Assembly (NCBI GenBank): GCA_043228905.1
Contig: JBHGNT010000005.1
Span: 16,368,001-16,432,000 of the forward strand
Source: Azolla caroliniana
Lineage: Eukaryota; Plantae; Polypodiophyta
Reading direction: 5' to 3'
Length of the DNA stretch: 64,000 nt
A model generated the notes under the pieces. The model was not told the DNA's origin, did no database searches, and saw only the letters and a list, made by a program, of their open reading frames with translations. Below are positions 11,605 through 25,808 of the stretch, piece by piece. Numbering within the stretch: the first letter of the stretch is position 1; every line of letters starts with the position of its first letter. The position numbers were made by a program, and so were the translations under genes.

Positions 11605-14600
11605 TGTTGAAAGAAATCGTTCGGTCAAATCAGAATATATGAACTACACGCTGAAATACGAATCACACAAGGATGCCAGAAAGACAAGTTCAAACAACTA
11701 TGCACAGAGATTTACGTGGAAACCCTAAAGTGGGGAAAACCACGGGAACAGATCTTCACTATAGACAGTTGATATACAACAACAAAGAGGATTACAACAC
11801 TCTTACGAGTGGATCAGCCACACAGGGCTCTTCGCGTCTGTTGTTACTCACACACATCTCTCTCACTCTACACACACACGCAGTACTTCGCTAACTTCTG
11901 TTTACTATCTATTATTCCTCTTTCTTAAGGTTTGCCCTAGTTGCATATATACTTACACAACTTTCTGGCTATTTACATACCTAGCCCTCATGGGGCGCAC
12001 ATTGAGACTATTTACAAGTATAGTCTCCCGAGTTGGCTATATACACGATTCTGGTTTCGGCCTCGGTAGAGTCCCTCTTCAACTCAGCTCCTCTCTCTCC
12101 CCATCTGGAGTGACCTGTTTCCTAACATCATCATTATTATTACTATAACAATAATAACAGTTGAATCACTGTTTTCGACCCTTCGACAATCGGCTTTCCG
12201 AATAGTCGGCTCTTCCTCCCACTAGAGGGACATATTCCCAACAAACTCCCCCTTCACTCCTGTGGGAGGAAATATGTCAGTCTTGTATTCTGTCGACAGA
12301 CTCTGAGTCTGTCCATAGGTAGGTTCTTTGTCAGCATGTCGGATCCATTGTCGTTAGTATGGATCTTCACAAGAACAAACTCTCCATCTTCGACTCTCTC
12401 CTGCAACCAGTGATACCTTCTCTATATGTGCTTGGTCCGGGAGTGGTATGTCGCGTTCTTGGCTAGGTGTATGGAGCTTTGGTTGTCACAATGCAGCAAG
12501 AACTCCTTTTGCTTCATGCCTAGTTCGGTGAGAAAATTTCTCATCCAGATCAGCTCTTTTCCGGCTTCTACCGCTGCTATATACTCTGCCTCTATAGTTG
12601 ATAAAGCTACAGACTTCTGCAGTCGTGATTGCCACAACACTGCTCCCCCTGCATAGGTCATCACATACCCTGACGTGGATCGGCTCGAGTCGACATCTCC
12701 TGACATGTCCGAATCGGTAAAACCTTCCAGCATAGGTTTTCCGACATCATACCTTAGGCACACCTCTGAGGTGCCTTTCAGGTACTTGAGTATCCACTTC
12801 ACTGTTGCCCAGTGCTCTTTGCCTGGATTACTCATATATCGGCTTACTGCTCCTACAACAAATGCTACGTCTGGTCTTGTATAGACCATAGCATACATTA
12901 GATTGCCGATGGCCGAGGCATATGGTACCTTCCTCATCTCGGCCTTCTCCTTCTCCCCTCTCGGGCTCTGCTTCGCATTTAACCTACAGTTTGTCGGTAA
13001 CACTGAGTCGACTGGCTTTGCGTCCGACATGTTGAATCTCACTAAGATCTTCGTCACATACTTCTGTTGTGACAACCACAACACCTTTTGAGTTCTATCT
13101 CAAACTATGTGCATTCCTAGGATTTGGTTTGCCGGTCCAAGGTCTTTCATGGCAAATGATTTGCCGAGACCTTTCTTCAAGCTTCCAATCTTCCTTGTGT
13201 CTTGACCGACTATCAACATGTCATCAACATATAATAAGAGAATCAAGAAGTCTCCTTCTTCGTACCTTTTAACAAACTGACAGTGATCGGCTTGTGTTCC
13301 ACCATGAACGACTCAAACTTCTTATACCATTGGCGTGGAGCTTGTTTCAGTCCGTACAAGCTTTTCCTTATTTGACACACCAGATTCTCTTTCCCTTTCT
13401 CCTCAAAGCTTTCGGGTTGCTGCATGTAGATTTCTTCCTCTAGCTCCCCGTGCAGAAATGCGGTTTTTACATCCAACTGTTCGATCTCCTGGTCCATACT
13501 GGCCGCTATGCTCAGAACAATTCGTATGGATGTCATCTTCACGACTGGTGCGAATATTTCGTCAAAGTCGACGCCCTTCCTCTATTGGAAACCCTTTACC
13601 ACTATGCGGGCTTTGTACCTGGGCTCGTTGTCGACTTCTCCAGTCTTCACCTTGTAGAACCATTTATTCCTAAGTGCTCTCTTACCTTTCGGCAGCTCTA
13701 CTAGGTCGTAGGTGTATTTTGCGTGCAAGGATTCTATCTCCTCTTGCATCGCGTTCAGCCATTTTTCTCTACTCTCATCAGTAATGGCTTCTTCATAGCA
13801 CTCGGTTCACCGACATCATTCAAGAGGATGTATTGACTGGCATATGTAGTTGGTGCTTTCCTTTCTCTGAGTGGGTATCTTCTTCCACTCATTGTTGGCT
13901 CTCTTTCGGATGTCTCTGCCAACTCTTCTCTTGGCTCGGGATTTTGCTCATCAATTGGCATCTCCAGGTTGGAATATTCCAACTCATATTCCTCAATTGA
14001 TTTCAGCATATCTGCCGACTCTGACTCATAGTCTGTCGGTCTTTCCGAGTCGACCGACTCGGATTCGGCTCTATCGGCCGACTGTCTCCTTACAGCTGCC
14101 TTAAGTCAATGGTAGTCGAGGTTGGCTGGGGAGTCAGTTCCGACTTCTGTTGCTTCCAGTCTTCAATTGTCTTATCTTCAAGAAAGACGACGTCCCAACT
14201 TCTCACTACCTTCTTGTCGACTAAGTCCCACAACCGGTAGCCGAATTCATCTTCCGAGTATCCCATGAATATGCATGCTTTCGACTTGTTGTCGAGCTTT
14301 GACCTCTGATCCTTTGGTACATGCATATATGCCAAACATCCAAACACCCTTAGGTGTTGATAGGAGACATCCTTTCCTGTCCACGCCCTCTATGGGACAT
14401 CACCCTTTAATGACATTGAGGGAGACCTGTTGATCAGGTAAACAACTGTGTACATCGCCTCATCCCAATAGGATTTCGGCAGTTTCGCATGGGAGAGCAT
14501 GCTCCTTACTCTCTCCATGATTGTTCGATTCATCCTCTCTGCAAGCCCATTTAATTATGGGGTCTTTGGCATTGTGTATTCGATTTGAATACCTTGGAAC

Positions 14601-17023
14601 TTGCAGTATTCCTCGAACTGCCCTCTCTACTCGCCACCGTTGTCAGTTCGAACAACCTTCAGTTTCCGACCCGACTCTCTTTCAGCTCTTGCCTGGAACT
14701 CCTTGAAAAACGACAATACTTGATCCTTCATCTTCAGTACGAAGGCCCATGTCTTCCGACTATGGTCGTCAATGAATGTCACAAAGTACTATCTACCTCG
14801 ATGCGATGGAGCATCCACATAGCACACATCCGTGTGTACTAGTTCCAGTGCAGCTTCTCTTCTTCTCGGTGGTCTTGATTGGAATGCTGCCATGTTCTGC
14901 TTTCCAGCTAAGCAGTCGACACACTTCTCCAGGTGCATGCCCTTGACTTCTGGTAGAAGTTTTTGGTTGGCTAGCAGGTGCATTCCCTTCTCACTCATGT
15001 GGCCTAGCCTCTTATGCCATATTTCCCCTGCCGAGTTGGTTGCCACATTTACTTCTGTTTTGCACAATCAGGCATGCATCATATACAATGTGCCTTCTTT
15101 TTGTGCTCGGACCACTATGAGACTTCCTCGGGAGAACTTCCACTTGCCATTCCGAAAGCTACCACTGTAGCCTTCGTCGTCAAGCCTTCCAATCGATATC
15201 AGATTCAATCTGATATCGGGGACGTGTTGAACATCCTTCAACGTTAGTCGACACCCTTTCGACGTCATTAAGCACACACTTCCGACTCCGGTTATCTTGC
15301 ATTCCCCACTATCACCCATCTTTACATAGCCATGATCCCTGGCTATTTAAGTTGAGAAATACTCTCCCGACAGAGTAATATGGAAGGATGCGCCATAGTC
15401 TATCACCCAAGTGCATTCTTCACTCGCAAGATTTGCACTTGTCTGCTCACAAATGAACAGTAGTTCTTCATTGCTTGTAGCAATGGCCAAAGTATTCTTC
15501 TCATCAGGAATCTTCCTGGGTTCGACATTGTTTCCGACACTCTTGTCTCTTCTCATGTGTTGGCAGTCCTTCTGAAAGTGTCCAGGTTTTCCACAATAAA
15601 AGCACACTAGCTTACCTCTGGACTTTGATCTGGCGTGGGATTTGTTCGTTCGGATTTGTTCGTTCGTTGCAGACTTCTTCTTCATCGGTCCCTACCTCTG
15701 TCCTTATGTTGAGTCAGATTCGACTCTGTTTGGGACAGGACTCCTTTGTCTTTCCTCCTTGCCTCCTCATTTAGGATGCTTGTCTTCACCGTTTGTAAAG
15801 ACAAGTTCTCTTCTTGACAGGAGGTGCTAAGAGTAACCACCAGGTTCTCCCAGCTGTCCGGCAATGTACACATCAGCAGGATGGCCTCCTGCATTACATC
15901 ATCAAGGGGAAACTTGGTCGCAGCAAGTTGGTTTACATACCCCATAAATGTGCTGATGTGTTCGACAATGCTCTCACCGTCTCTATATTTCAACCGTACG
16001 ATTTTTCGCATCAGTGAGGTTCTATTGAGCGTGTTCTTCCTCTCGTACAAACCTGACAGCTTCTGCCACATCTCATAAGCTTTTGTGTCATTCGCCACAT
16101 GCTGAAGGACACTTATGTCGACGCATTGTCGGATAGTGGCCATGGCCTTTCTATTTAGAAGCTTCCAGTCTGGCTCCAATACCCCATTGGGTATCTCTGC
16201 TCTATCGACTGGCTCGTACAGGTCTTTAACTATGAGAAGGTCTTCCATCTTGATCTTCCAGTTTGCATAGTTCTGTGAGATGAGAACTATTATACCTGGG
16301 AAACCGCTCACACCTCCTTCCATGCTTGCACCTCAAGCTCTGATACCAGTTGTTGAAAGAAATCGTTCGGTTAAATCAAAATATATGAACTACGCGCTGA
16401 AATAAGACTCACACAAAGATGCCAGAAAGACAAGTTCAAACAACTATGCACAGAGATTTACGTGGAAACCCTAAAGCAGGGAAAACCACAGGAACAGATC
16501 TTCACTATAGACAGTGGATATATAGCAACAGAGAGGATTATAGCACTCTTACGAGTGGATCAGCCACACAGGGCTCTTCGCATCTGTTGTTACTCACACA
16601 GCTATGGCGCGGCTCACACACATCTCTCTCGCTCTACACACACACGCAGTACTTCGCTAACTTCTGTTTACTATCTATTATTCCTCTTTCTTAAGGTTTG
16701 CCCTAGTTGCATATATACTTACACAACTTTCTGGCTATTTACATACCTAGCCCTCATGGGGCGCACATTGAGACTATTTACAAGTATAGTCTCCCGAGTT
16801 GGCTATATACACGATTCTAGTTTCGGCCTCGGCCTATTGGCCTCGACAAAGTCCCTCTTCAACTCGGCTCCTCTCTCTCCCCATCCGGAGTGACCTATTT
16901 CCTAACATCATCATTATTATTACTATAATAATAATAACAGTCAAATCACTATTTTCGACTCTTCGACAGTCAGCTTTCCGAACAATCGGCTCTTCCTCCC
17001 ACTAGAGGGACGTATTCCCAACA
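11605..17023 (-). mobile_element. Full-length Ty1/Copia element B nested in A
   Basis: LTRs 11605-12243 and 16351-17023 (TG...CA). TSD AGACT (11600-11604 / 17024-17028). PBS TGGTATCAGAGC 16337-16348. PPT 12245-12256. Confidence 0.97.
12290..16323 (-). pseudogene. Element B gag-pol with stops and frameshifts
   Basis: gag (NYANWKIKMEDLL), CFYCGKPGHFQKDC, WVIDYGAS, WHKRLGH, VHTDVC, LDVKTAFLHG, YVDDM, HCDNQS. Confidence 0.92.
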
Positions 17024-18804
17024 AGACTTGACACGGCCGATTTTTTGTGAGATCGGCACCGACGATGACTAAATTATCGACATACAGCAAAATGCTTATC
17101 GGTCTGGTTCGACTTGCCGAATGAACAATGAAGAGTCCGATTTCCATAGAGCAAACCACATCCTACACACCCTTTGTGTGATCTTCGTGTTCCAAGAACG
17201 TGATGCTCGCTTAAGTCCGTACAGGGACTTCTTCAGTCACCAAATTGCCAATTTGTTAAATTCGGATAGAAATCTGGGGGGGTTGTACCATGTACACCTA
17301 TTCCTCAAGCTCACCTTGTAGGAACACATTCTTTACATCCATTTGATGTAAATGACACCCCTTTGTTGTGGCGACAGCTAGCAACACATGGACAGTCGTC
17401 ATCTTCTCGACCGGCACAAACGTCTCATCATAATCGATGTCATGCTATTTTGCATAGCCTTTGGCCACTAGTTGGGCTTTGTATTGGTTGACGATGTTGT
17501 CTACATTGTGCTTGACCTTGTACACCCATCTGCATCCAATCGGCTTCACACCGTTGGGTGCGTCAACCAAGCCCCAAGTCTCATTCTCCGCTAACGTGCG
17601 CATCTCTTCCTCCATAGCTGCACGCCAATTCGCGCCCTTTGCCGCTTCTACGTAGCTCTCCGGCTCACGCACTTCCACGACCTTCGACATATGCGCATAA
17701 TGATGCGCCATATAGTCTTTCTATCTGTACTGGACTACGGAATTTTTCTGGCAGCTAGATCGGTTTTTGGTTGGCCGATTCTGACCTCGTTTCTGGAGGT
17801 CCCTCTTTGCTCCTAGCCTCTTCGGATTCACTCCGATCCGATGCATCGACCCTTGTCTCGTACTCCCGCAACTTCATCTTTCCCTTCTCTTTGCGCGTAA
17901 ACCATCTCCTCAGTTCCTTGCGTGGTAACTACACGACTTAGTCTCCACTACTCACCGGCTCCAAATCCGACTGGTTGTTCCGACTCAGTCCCTAATTCGA
18001 CCCACTTAACCGAAATGAGATCAAAATCTCTTCTAGAGCTCCGATTTCTTCTCGATTCAGGGGCATCTTGGCCTCATCCTCAGAATTTGGAATGGAGTTG
18101 ATGGGGGTTGAAGAAAGGGGCAAGCACCACAAAGTCGACTCGTCGAATACGACATCTCCACTAACTCTGACTTGTTTCGTTTGGGGGTTATAGCACTTAT
18201 AACCCTTTTGCTCGTCTAAGTAGCTGACTAAGATACACTTCTTAGCTTTGGTGTCTAGCTTCCTCCGCATCTCCTTCGGCACATGCACATATGTTATGTT
18301 GTCGAACATCCTCAAGTGTGCCAAGTTCGACTTCTTCCCAAAGTACAACTCATGTGGCGACACTCCTCCATTTGCAGATGTCCAATTCTGTAGGTAAATG
18401 GCTGTTCTGAACATTTCAGACTAGTAGAACTTCGACATGTGCTTCTCCTCAAGCATTCCCCATACCGCTTACTCTATCTTCTAATTCTTCACCTCGGCCA
18501 CACCATTCTGCTCCGATGTGTATCTGCAGGAGAATTCGTGTTGAATTCCTACCTTCTGTAGATAACTAGAGAACTAGTAGAAAAAGTACTCATTTCTAAG
18601 GCGTTTGATCTTCCTGCCAGTCTGTCGTTCCGCAAGGCTCTTCACCTTCAAGAAATAGGAGAATACTTTGCTTTTCTTCTCAATCAAGCATGCCCAAGTG
18701 TGCCGAGTGAAGTCATTAATGAAGGTTACAAAGTTACAACAACTTCCACTGATACTCACGTTCTGCACCGGCCCCCACACATCCGAATGGATTTAATTGA
18801 GCTT

Positions 18805-19092
18805 TGTAAAGAATAGCGTGCGGAAGCAAGTAGAAAATCGAACACAAAAAATACGCAGGTTTAATGGAGAGCTTGAATATACACAATACGTGGGAGAGAG
18901 AGAAGACACAGAAAAAATCAATTCAAAATAATACTCAATCTGTACATAGGATGTGCTCAGTGAGCACTTTTATACAAGTCCATAGGCTGCTACTAGGCTT
19001 CCGGTTACTGATGGATCCCTAGCTCACCGGCTCACCGATCCGGCTCAGGCTTATTCAGCCGATCCGGATCCGATTGAGCTTGCCACTCAACA
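18805..19092 (-). mobile_element. Solo LTR related to the element A LTR
   Basis: TGTAAAG...CTCAACA with TSD AGCTT on both sides; ends resemble 23573-23986. Confidence 0.9.
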
Positions 19093-20203
19093 AGCTTGTT
19101 ACGGCTTCGATTGTGCTCGTTGGGGAATGAAAGTTGGTGATGCTTCCCTAACTGAATTTCGGCAAGCCAAAAACAATGTTCTTCATCTACATCTCTTGAA
19201 GCCGCAAGAAGTGGACGTGGTTGAATCTCTTGTGCCATAGGTCGATGTCCGATTCGACCTTCTGCCCTTTGGCGAACATAGTGACACCTATGTCGTTTGT
19301 TTCGAGGATAAACATCCTCCTTTCTCGGTGCCCTTGCGCCATAATCTTGCCTTCTTCTTCAATGAAGCATCCGAGAGGAGTAAATCGAACTTGCATGCCT
19401 TGGTCGACAATTTGTCCGACCAACACCAAGTTCTTGGTGATTGTCGGCACATGCAAGAAATTTCTCATGATTTCTCTCTGATTAACATGGCTTAGAGGGA
19501 CATCTTTAATATGTTCAATGGGGTGAGGGGTGTCGTCACAAGTTTCGACAACCCTTGGCTTTTCACATACCACAACACCTCGTTCGCTTTGAGGTGTTCA
19601 TCGCCATTGAGTTAGCCATGTGCTTCATTACGAAGGCTGGGCCCATGGCGGCTCGCCCCGGATCTTTGACGCCTATCTACATCACCTTGGCTCAATCTGG
19701 CTCAGTCCGAATAGGTGCACTTTTTCCAACACTCGCTCTCTTTGTGGCCCTTCTGGCCACAATACCAACAATCCGTCATGGCCTTTCTTTGTCGGGTTCC
19801 GGCACCGCCTTGACTCCCCCTGCTCGTGGAGGGTCTAGAACTCCTATCGCCATTTTGATCATGCCTCCAATGCGTGCCGACCCGCCTCGTTCACCACAAT
19901 CGCAGGGCCCCTCTGCCTCCGTGTACAATATCTTGTTGTCGGTGTGCGTACTCATTGACGCACCACACATATCTCTTTGATTCGGGTTCTGTAATATGCC
20001 ATAGATAGATCTTTCTGTCGGACATTGCTAAGCTCTTGCCTGAGCTGCATCTTCCTAGCCGTTGTGTTAGCAGCGAAAACCCGTTCGAGGTTCGCCCACG
20101 CATCCTTTGGCGTCTTGGCATCCCGAATGTAGCTCAGTAGTTGGTCTTCGACATTGGACGCAAAGCAGTACATAACTCTGCTTGCCGCTTGTTCCCAGGC
20201 CAG

Positions 20204-23200
20204 TGTCGCGAAAAATCCATCACTATGTGTGGATCGTGAGGCGGAACCACCGGGGTTATGGACTAGAAGGAATTAAAGCTCACACGCACAACACATTCAA
20301 GATTTACACATAAGACAAGTAGATGAAAGAAAACATTAGTTTATATCAAAATAATAGATTCTTTATCATTTTTAAATCATGTTACAATGGGTTGGATATC
20401 AATATGAGAGATAATTTTTGAAAGATGGGAGAAGAGGATGGAGAAAAGAAGAGAGTGACGGTCCTATCTATGTCAGATATCTTATAGTTTTGTTTTCCTC
20501 ATCTTCTCAAACTTCATACTCACATAACTCGATACTTAGTTGTCTGTTTCATATGTAGTAAAATACGTTCGGAAGCTCTTGAGGACGTCCATCTTTTCCA
20601 TATCAAACCATTAAGCTAATCTAAAATAATTATTTCATTATTTTTCATATCATGTGTGAATAACCACACGACATTCACCCCCACCAAACCTGCACATCCT
20701 CTGGTATGTGCCAAGTGTGTGGTACCGAGTTCCATCCTCCTAGTTGAAATCTTTATTCCTTGTCCGAATATTTTCCTTTCTTCCTAATGGAACTATCTAT
20801 GATGTAGATTGACTTTGAACCAGCAAATCCTTTGTCCGAGCTTTGCACCACCACGTGTGGCCTCTTCCGCCTTCCCCAAGCATAATGCTTCATGCACCAT
20901 ACATGTGCCGCCTTTGTTTCGATCATCTTCATGGTCAAGGAAATTCAATCTTCCTTCTTCCGTCAATCCAAGCTTGTCTTTGTTAAGCCTCATCCAAACA
21001 TTGACTTTGACTACTCCTTGTAGCCCATGCTTCAAGTACATGCTCACATTTAGTGCCTTAGACGACCACATTGCATTTTTCCCACTTCTTCCTTTTTCAT
21101 GGTATGCTCTCATGTGAGAGTTGACCATCGTTTGTTTGATCTTTGTAATGGTGTCCTCTTTCAAGTTGGATATTGTGATTAAATACCAAGGAACGCCCTT
21201 CAAATTCACTTTGTTCGTTTGACCATCGTCGTGCACCATTGTGCTTTGTTTGACCTCTTCATTATATGCATTATCTTTGACCTTTGATTCCTCGTCGCCA
21301 CCTTCCTTCTCTTGGGTCTTTTTTTGGTTTGGGTATGTCTCTTCGGTGATAGCCCTTTCTCCACCAATTGATATGTCCCCATCCACCATTGCCCAAATCT
21401 CTTGAAATAGTGGGGATGAAGTCTTAGCACACTTGTCATCCTCCTTCATTGTGTTGTCCATAGCCACCTCTACCTCTAAGTCATTATCCGCGGCCATCTC
21501 TTCAAACTCATGGGCCGCGTACCCATTGACCTTCTCGATCAAGCATTGCCTCAATTATGCTTGCCTCTTCATCATACACATAAGCTTCGACCTTCGCTTC
21601 CTCGCCACCACCTTCCTTCTCTTGGGTCTTAATTTGGTTTGGGTATGACTCTTCGGCGATGGCCCTTTTTCCACCGACCGATATGTCTCCATCTACCATT
21701 GCCCAAATCTCTTGAAATAGTGGGGAGAAAGTCTCAGCACACTTACCATCCTCCTTTGCCATGTCATCCATAGCCATCTTCATCTTGGTTTCGTTGTCCT
21801 CCATTGCTCTTTCAGTCAACTCAATCTGCTTTGACATCTCAATTGCTATTGGATCCTTCCATCTTTGAAATCGACCCCTCAATGTCGAAATCATCTAGCC
21901 ATTGACAGCGCTTGTCGAACCAGTCGCATGCTCTTCTTACCTCAACCCAGTCCGTTATGAGACCATTGGGTTGTGTTTCTTCCTCTAATAGACTACCTAG
22001 CTCTCGTCTATCTTTCGCATCCACCGCTTTTAAGAAGTATAGAACCTTATCTCCTTCGAGAAACATATGGTCGGTACTTGGGAGACGATTGTACATTTGA
22101 TTGAATTCATTGTACAGCCCCAATGCATTCATGTTCTTCCCTTTCTTCTCAATCCACTTCATCAACGTGTGTCGAGTCATCCTCGATACGTCTTCAAGCA
22201 TATATTCGGCCAAAAATACCCTTTCGAATCCCACCCATGTTGTTTGGGTGGCTTGAATCTCCCTTATACGACCTTGTAACCCATTTGCCATGACATGCTT
22301 GAAGCTTGAATCCACCAAATTGGCCCGCTATCTCAACGGTGCAATCAATGACCTTGTCTAATCTTGCATCATTATCTTGAGCTCTCATCATATGCTCGAC
22401 AATAGCCACCAACTTTGCCACTTCGTCAGCTTGGGTATTTGTCAAAGAAGTCATCTTCTAACCTTCTATTTCAAGCACTTGAATCCTTCCTACCGCCTCT
22501 TCACGTCAGGTTCACCACTTAATTATGTCACGAAAAATCTGTCACTATGTGCGGATCGTGAGGCAGAACCGCCAGGGTTATGGATTAGAAGGAATTAAAG
22601 CTCACACGCACAACACATTCAAGATTTACACATAAGACAAGTAGATGAAAGAAAACATTAGTTTATATCAAAATAATAGATTCTTTATCATTTTTTAATC
22701 ATGTTACAATGGGTTGGATATCAATATGAGAGATCATTTTTGAAAGAAGTGAGAAGAAGATGGAGAAAAGAAGAGAGTGAAATATATATAGAGTTTCTTT
22801 GTGGCCCTTTTTGTTCTGTTGCATGCATCTACACATGACCTTTACTTTAAGTTGCATGTGTCCACACATAACCTTTACTTTAAATTGCATGCGTCCACAC
22901 ATGACCTTTACTTTAGTTGAGCAATTCAACCTGTGCACTACGAACGCTCCAAATGGCCTGTGCACTACGGATCGCTCTGAACAGCCGAACGGCTTGTAAA
23001 AACGGCTTGTGCACTATGAACAGCCCATGCACCAAGCACCCAAATATAAAGTAATGGGTTTGAGGTCTGCTTATGTAATGTTGGATTCGATGTTGTCCTA
23101 TCTATATGGGATATCTTATAGTTCTGTTTTCCTCATCTTCTCAACTTCATACTCACATAACTTGATACTTAGTTGTCCGTTTCATATGTAGTAAAATGCA

Positions 23201-23306
23201 TTCGGAAGCTCTTGAAGATGTCCATCTTTTCCGTATCAAACCATTAAGCTAATCTAAAATAATTATTTCATTATTTTTCATATCGTGTGTGAAGAACCAC
23301 ACGACA
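20204..23306 (-). mobile_element. Non-autonomous gag-only Gypsy-type element C (TR-GAG-like)
   Basis: LTRs 20204-20673 and 22526-23306 (left has ~310 bp deletion). 4-bp TSD CCAG. PBS TGGTGAACCTGACGTGA (tRNA-Trp) 22501-22517. PPT near 20674-20690. gag homologous to element D; no pol. Confidence 0.9.
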
Positions 23307-24626
23307 CCAGAAAGTCCATGTGTGTCACATCCGGCGCTGCATCATTCGCTCCTTCGACGTAACTCCAACATTTGTGACCAAGCAGGTACTGGTGCATCTT
23401 GTATGATCAAGATGCGTAGTTGCTCCTATCGAGCTTTTCTGTCAGAAGTGAGCTTCCCATACCTCTGTCCATGCTCCTGTTGTTCGGAAGGTAACTCTTT
23501 GTCTCTGTGTTGACTTTCGCTTGCTTTTTTATCAGCTGCCGAGGATTTCTCAACCCTTGTGCTCTGATACAATGTAAAAGAATACGTGTACGGAAGCATA
23601 TGTGTAAGACACAGAGTACATTCACTTATTCGGAAACACAACAGTTAGGTAAACACAAAGAATGTAAGAGACTGAGTGAGACTGAGTGATCAGACAACAA
23701 CAAAACCTTCTATTACAAAAAGAATCAGTACATACAATGTACTTGGTGAGCACTTTTTATACAAGCCCTCACAAGCGGGCTAACACAAGTACAAGTACTT
23801 GAATGCTCATTAACTCTGCCTATAATATTCCTATTTACTAAATTAGGAATATAGGCCTCTAACGACCAGCCGATTCAGTTTACCAACCGATTCAGCTTTC
23901 GTCTTTTTCAGCCGATTCGGGCCTAGCCGATCCGGCTCTTGGCTTCTTCAGCCGATTCGGCCCAAGTTGAGCTTGCTCGCTCAACACCTATATTAGGAGG
24001 ATCATTTCCTCATTTCGGTTTCTGATTCACCATTTTGGCTCTAAGGAGTGTGGAATGATCTCTCTCCCTAGATAGTTATTTTGGGAGTTGTCCCTACTCA
24101 TCCCAACTCCAGGTTTTTCGTTTTGGTCTCATAGGTCATATTTGACCTCTAAAGAAAAATAACAAAATCTATATGATTGTCTCTCATGCAAACAAGTAGA
24201 ACATATCCAATCACATCGTATACCCTTCCAAAATATAGATATACATATTCAAAACGAGAAAAATGGCTCAAAATCTACTCTTGGGAACACATGGAAATTT
24301 GGATGCTTACCATTCAAAAACCATAAGAACAAATTTTCTTTCATTTGGTTGAATCCAAGGCATTAAACATGGTTTGCTAGATTACTTATGCAAATGAATT
24401 CATTTTTTACATTATGTGCGCACATCCTTTCCTTTTTCAAATGAATTTTGTTTGGTTTGCAAGATGGCATGTTGAAGAAGACACGTGATTGCACATAAAT
24501 AATTGAGCATGTTCATGCGTAGAAAGAAAGGGACATGAGCATGTGATTACATGCTTAGTCAACCACATTGGAATCCCTTGACACAAAACAGAGAACGACC
24601 CAATGATGCACCTCGTACCCACATAG

Positions 24627-25083
24627 TATTAGAGACATAGACTAATGTAAGCATTAGATAAGGATAGAAAATAGATAAATAGATAGAAAGGAGAGAGAGA
24701 AAGAAGGGTGTCGATCCACCCGACCACCCCCGAACGAAGGGATCAAGACGGACTCGAGCCTCGATCGGCGTCCCATACCACCGTCGTGGCGTCGAGTCGT
24801 ACCTGGTGCTGGCGCACTCGCTATAAGAGTTGACCCACCACAAGACAGAGTCTCGACGTAGTCAACAAGATGATCAAATGAGGGTAGCTAGGCCTCTTAT
24901 TTATAGCGATACCCAAGGCCCCCAGGCAAGTTCACACTTGGCCTAATGGGTTGTCTCAATCCCGAGGATTAAAAGTAATCCTCCCCTTCTTTACACTCTC
25001 GTTTAACCCTCATATTTATCCACGTGTATAGAATACTACGGTAAATTCTCACCACGGGATATTATATGGTCATGCCCCTAACA
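24627..25083. mobile_element. Solo LTR
   Basis: TATTAG (mutated TGTTAG)...CTAACA flanked by TSD CATAG. Confidence 0.85.
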
Positions 25084-25199
25084 CATAGATCTAGCTAAGT
25101 ACAAGTCCTTCATTTGGATGCTAAAATGGAGGTGAACTAACTAAAAACATGCATATAAACGGTATTTTAAAATGTGACTGAAAGACCTGCCCAAATAAT

Positions 25200-25500
25200 T
25201 GTTAGGAAACAGTCCCTCCGGATGGGATGACCCGGTGAGAACCGGATGACGAGTACCCGGCTACGGAAGACCTGGTGAGAACCAGATGACGAGTACCCGG
25301 CAAGCGCCGGATGATGCAGGCCTGGTGAGGAGTGCTCACCGGATGGAGGGACATATTCGTAAATATGTTTTCTGAGAGTCCATCGTGGCTATATTTGTAA
25401 ATAGCCGAAAAGTCATATTAGTATAAATATGACTTAGGGCAAACTTAGAGGATGTTGTTGTCATTCTTGTTGGCGCTAGATCAGAGAGCGCGTAACAGTG

Positions 25501-25536
<36 letters not shown>

Positions 25537-25808
25537 GAGGTCGTTGCCTCTGTTGTAACCGCTGCTTGTGGCGAAGATCGTGAGCACGAGGTCGTTGCCT
25601 CCGTGAGCTCACTGTTGTAATCATTGTGATATAGTGATAGCTTGGAGTCTGTGAACTCCCGTGGTTTTTCCCTCTCAGGGTTTTCCACGTTAAACATCCT
25701 GTGTACTCTTCTCTCCTTTGTGTCGTGCGTTCATTATCCGTTTTTTGTGTTTGATTTTAGACTCGGTTGTGGCCAAGCGTTGTTCATCGGAGCGTGTAGT
25801 TACTGTCA
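25200..25808 (+). mobile_element. Solo LTR, Copia-type
   Basis: TG...CA with TSD ATAAT; TATAAAT; GGTTTTTCCC...GGGTTTTCCACGT motif shared with element B LTRs; internal ~39-bp repeats and (AG)n. Confidence 0.88.

Larger units (their letters stand above)
10815..23986 (-). mobile_element. Ty1/Copia element A, decayed and 3'-truncated; host segments 10815-11604, 17024-18804, 19093-20203, 23307-23986
   Basis: gag ATG at 23460, LWHKRFNH, integrase, RT (MKDLGDLHYFLG), RH (NPVFHPQTKHIEVYYHF). PBS 23561-23572 (TTGTATCAGAGC, mutated iMet). 5' LTR 23573-23986. Confidence 0.92.
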
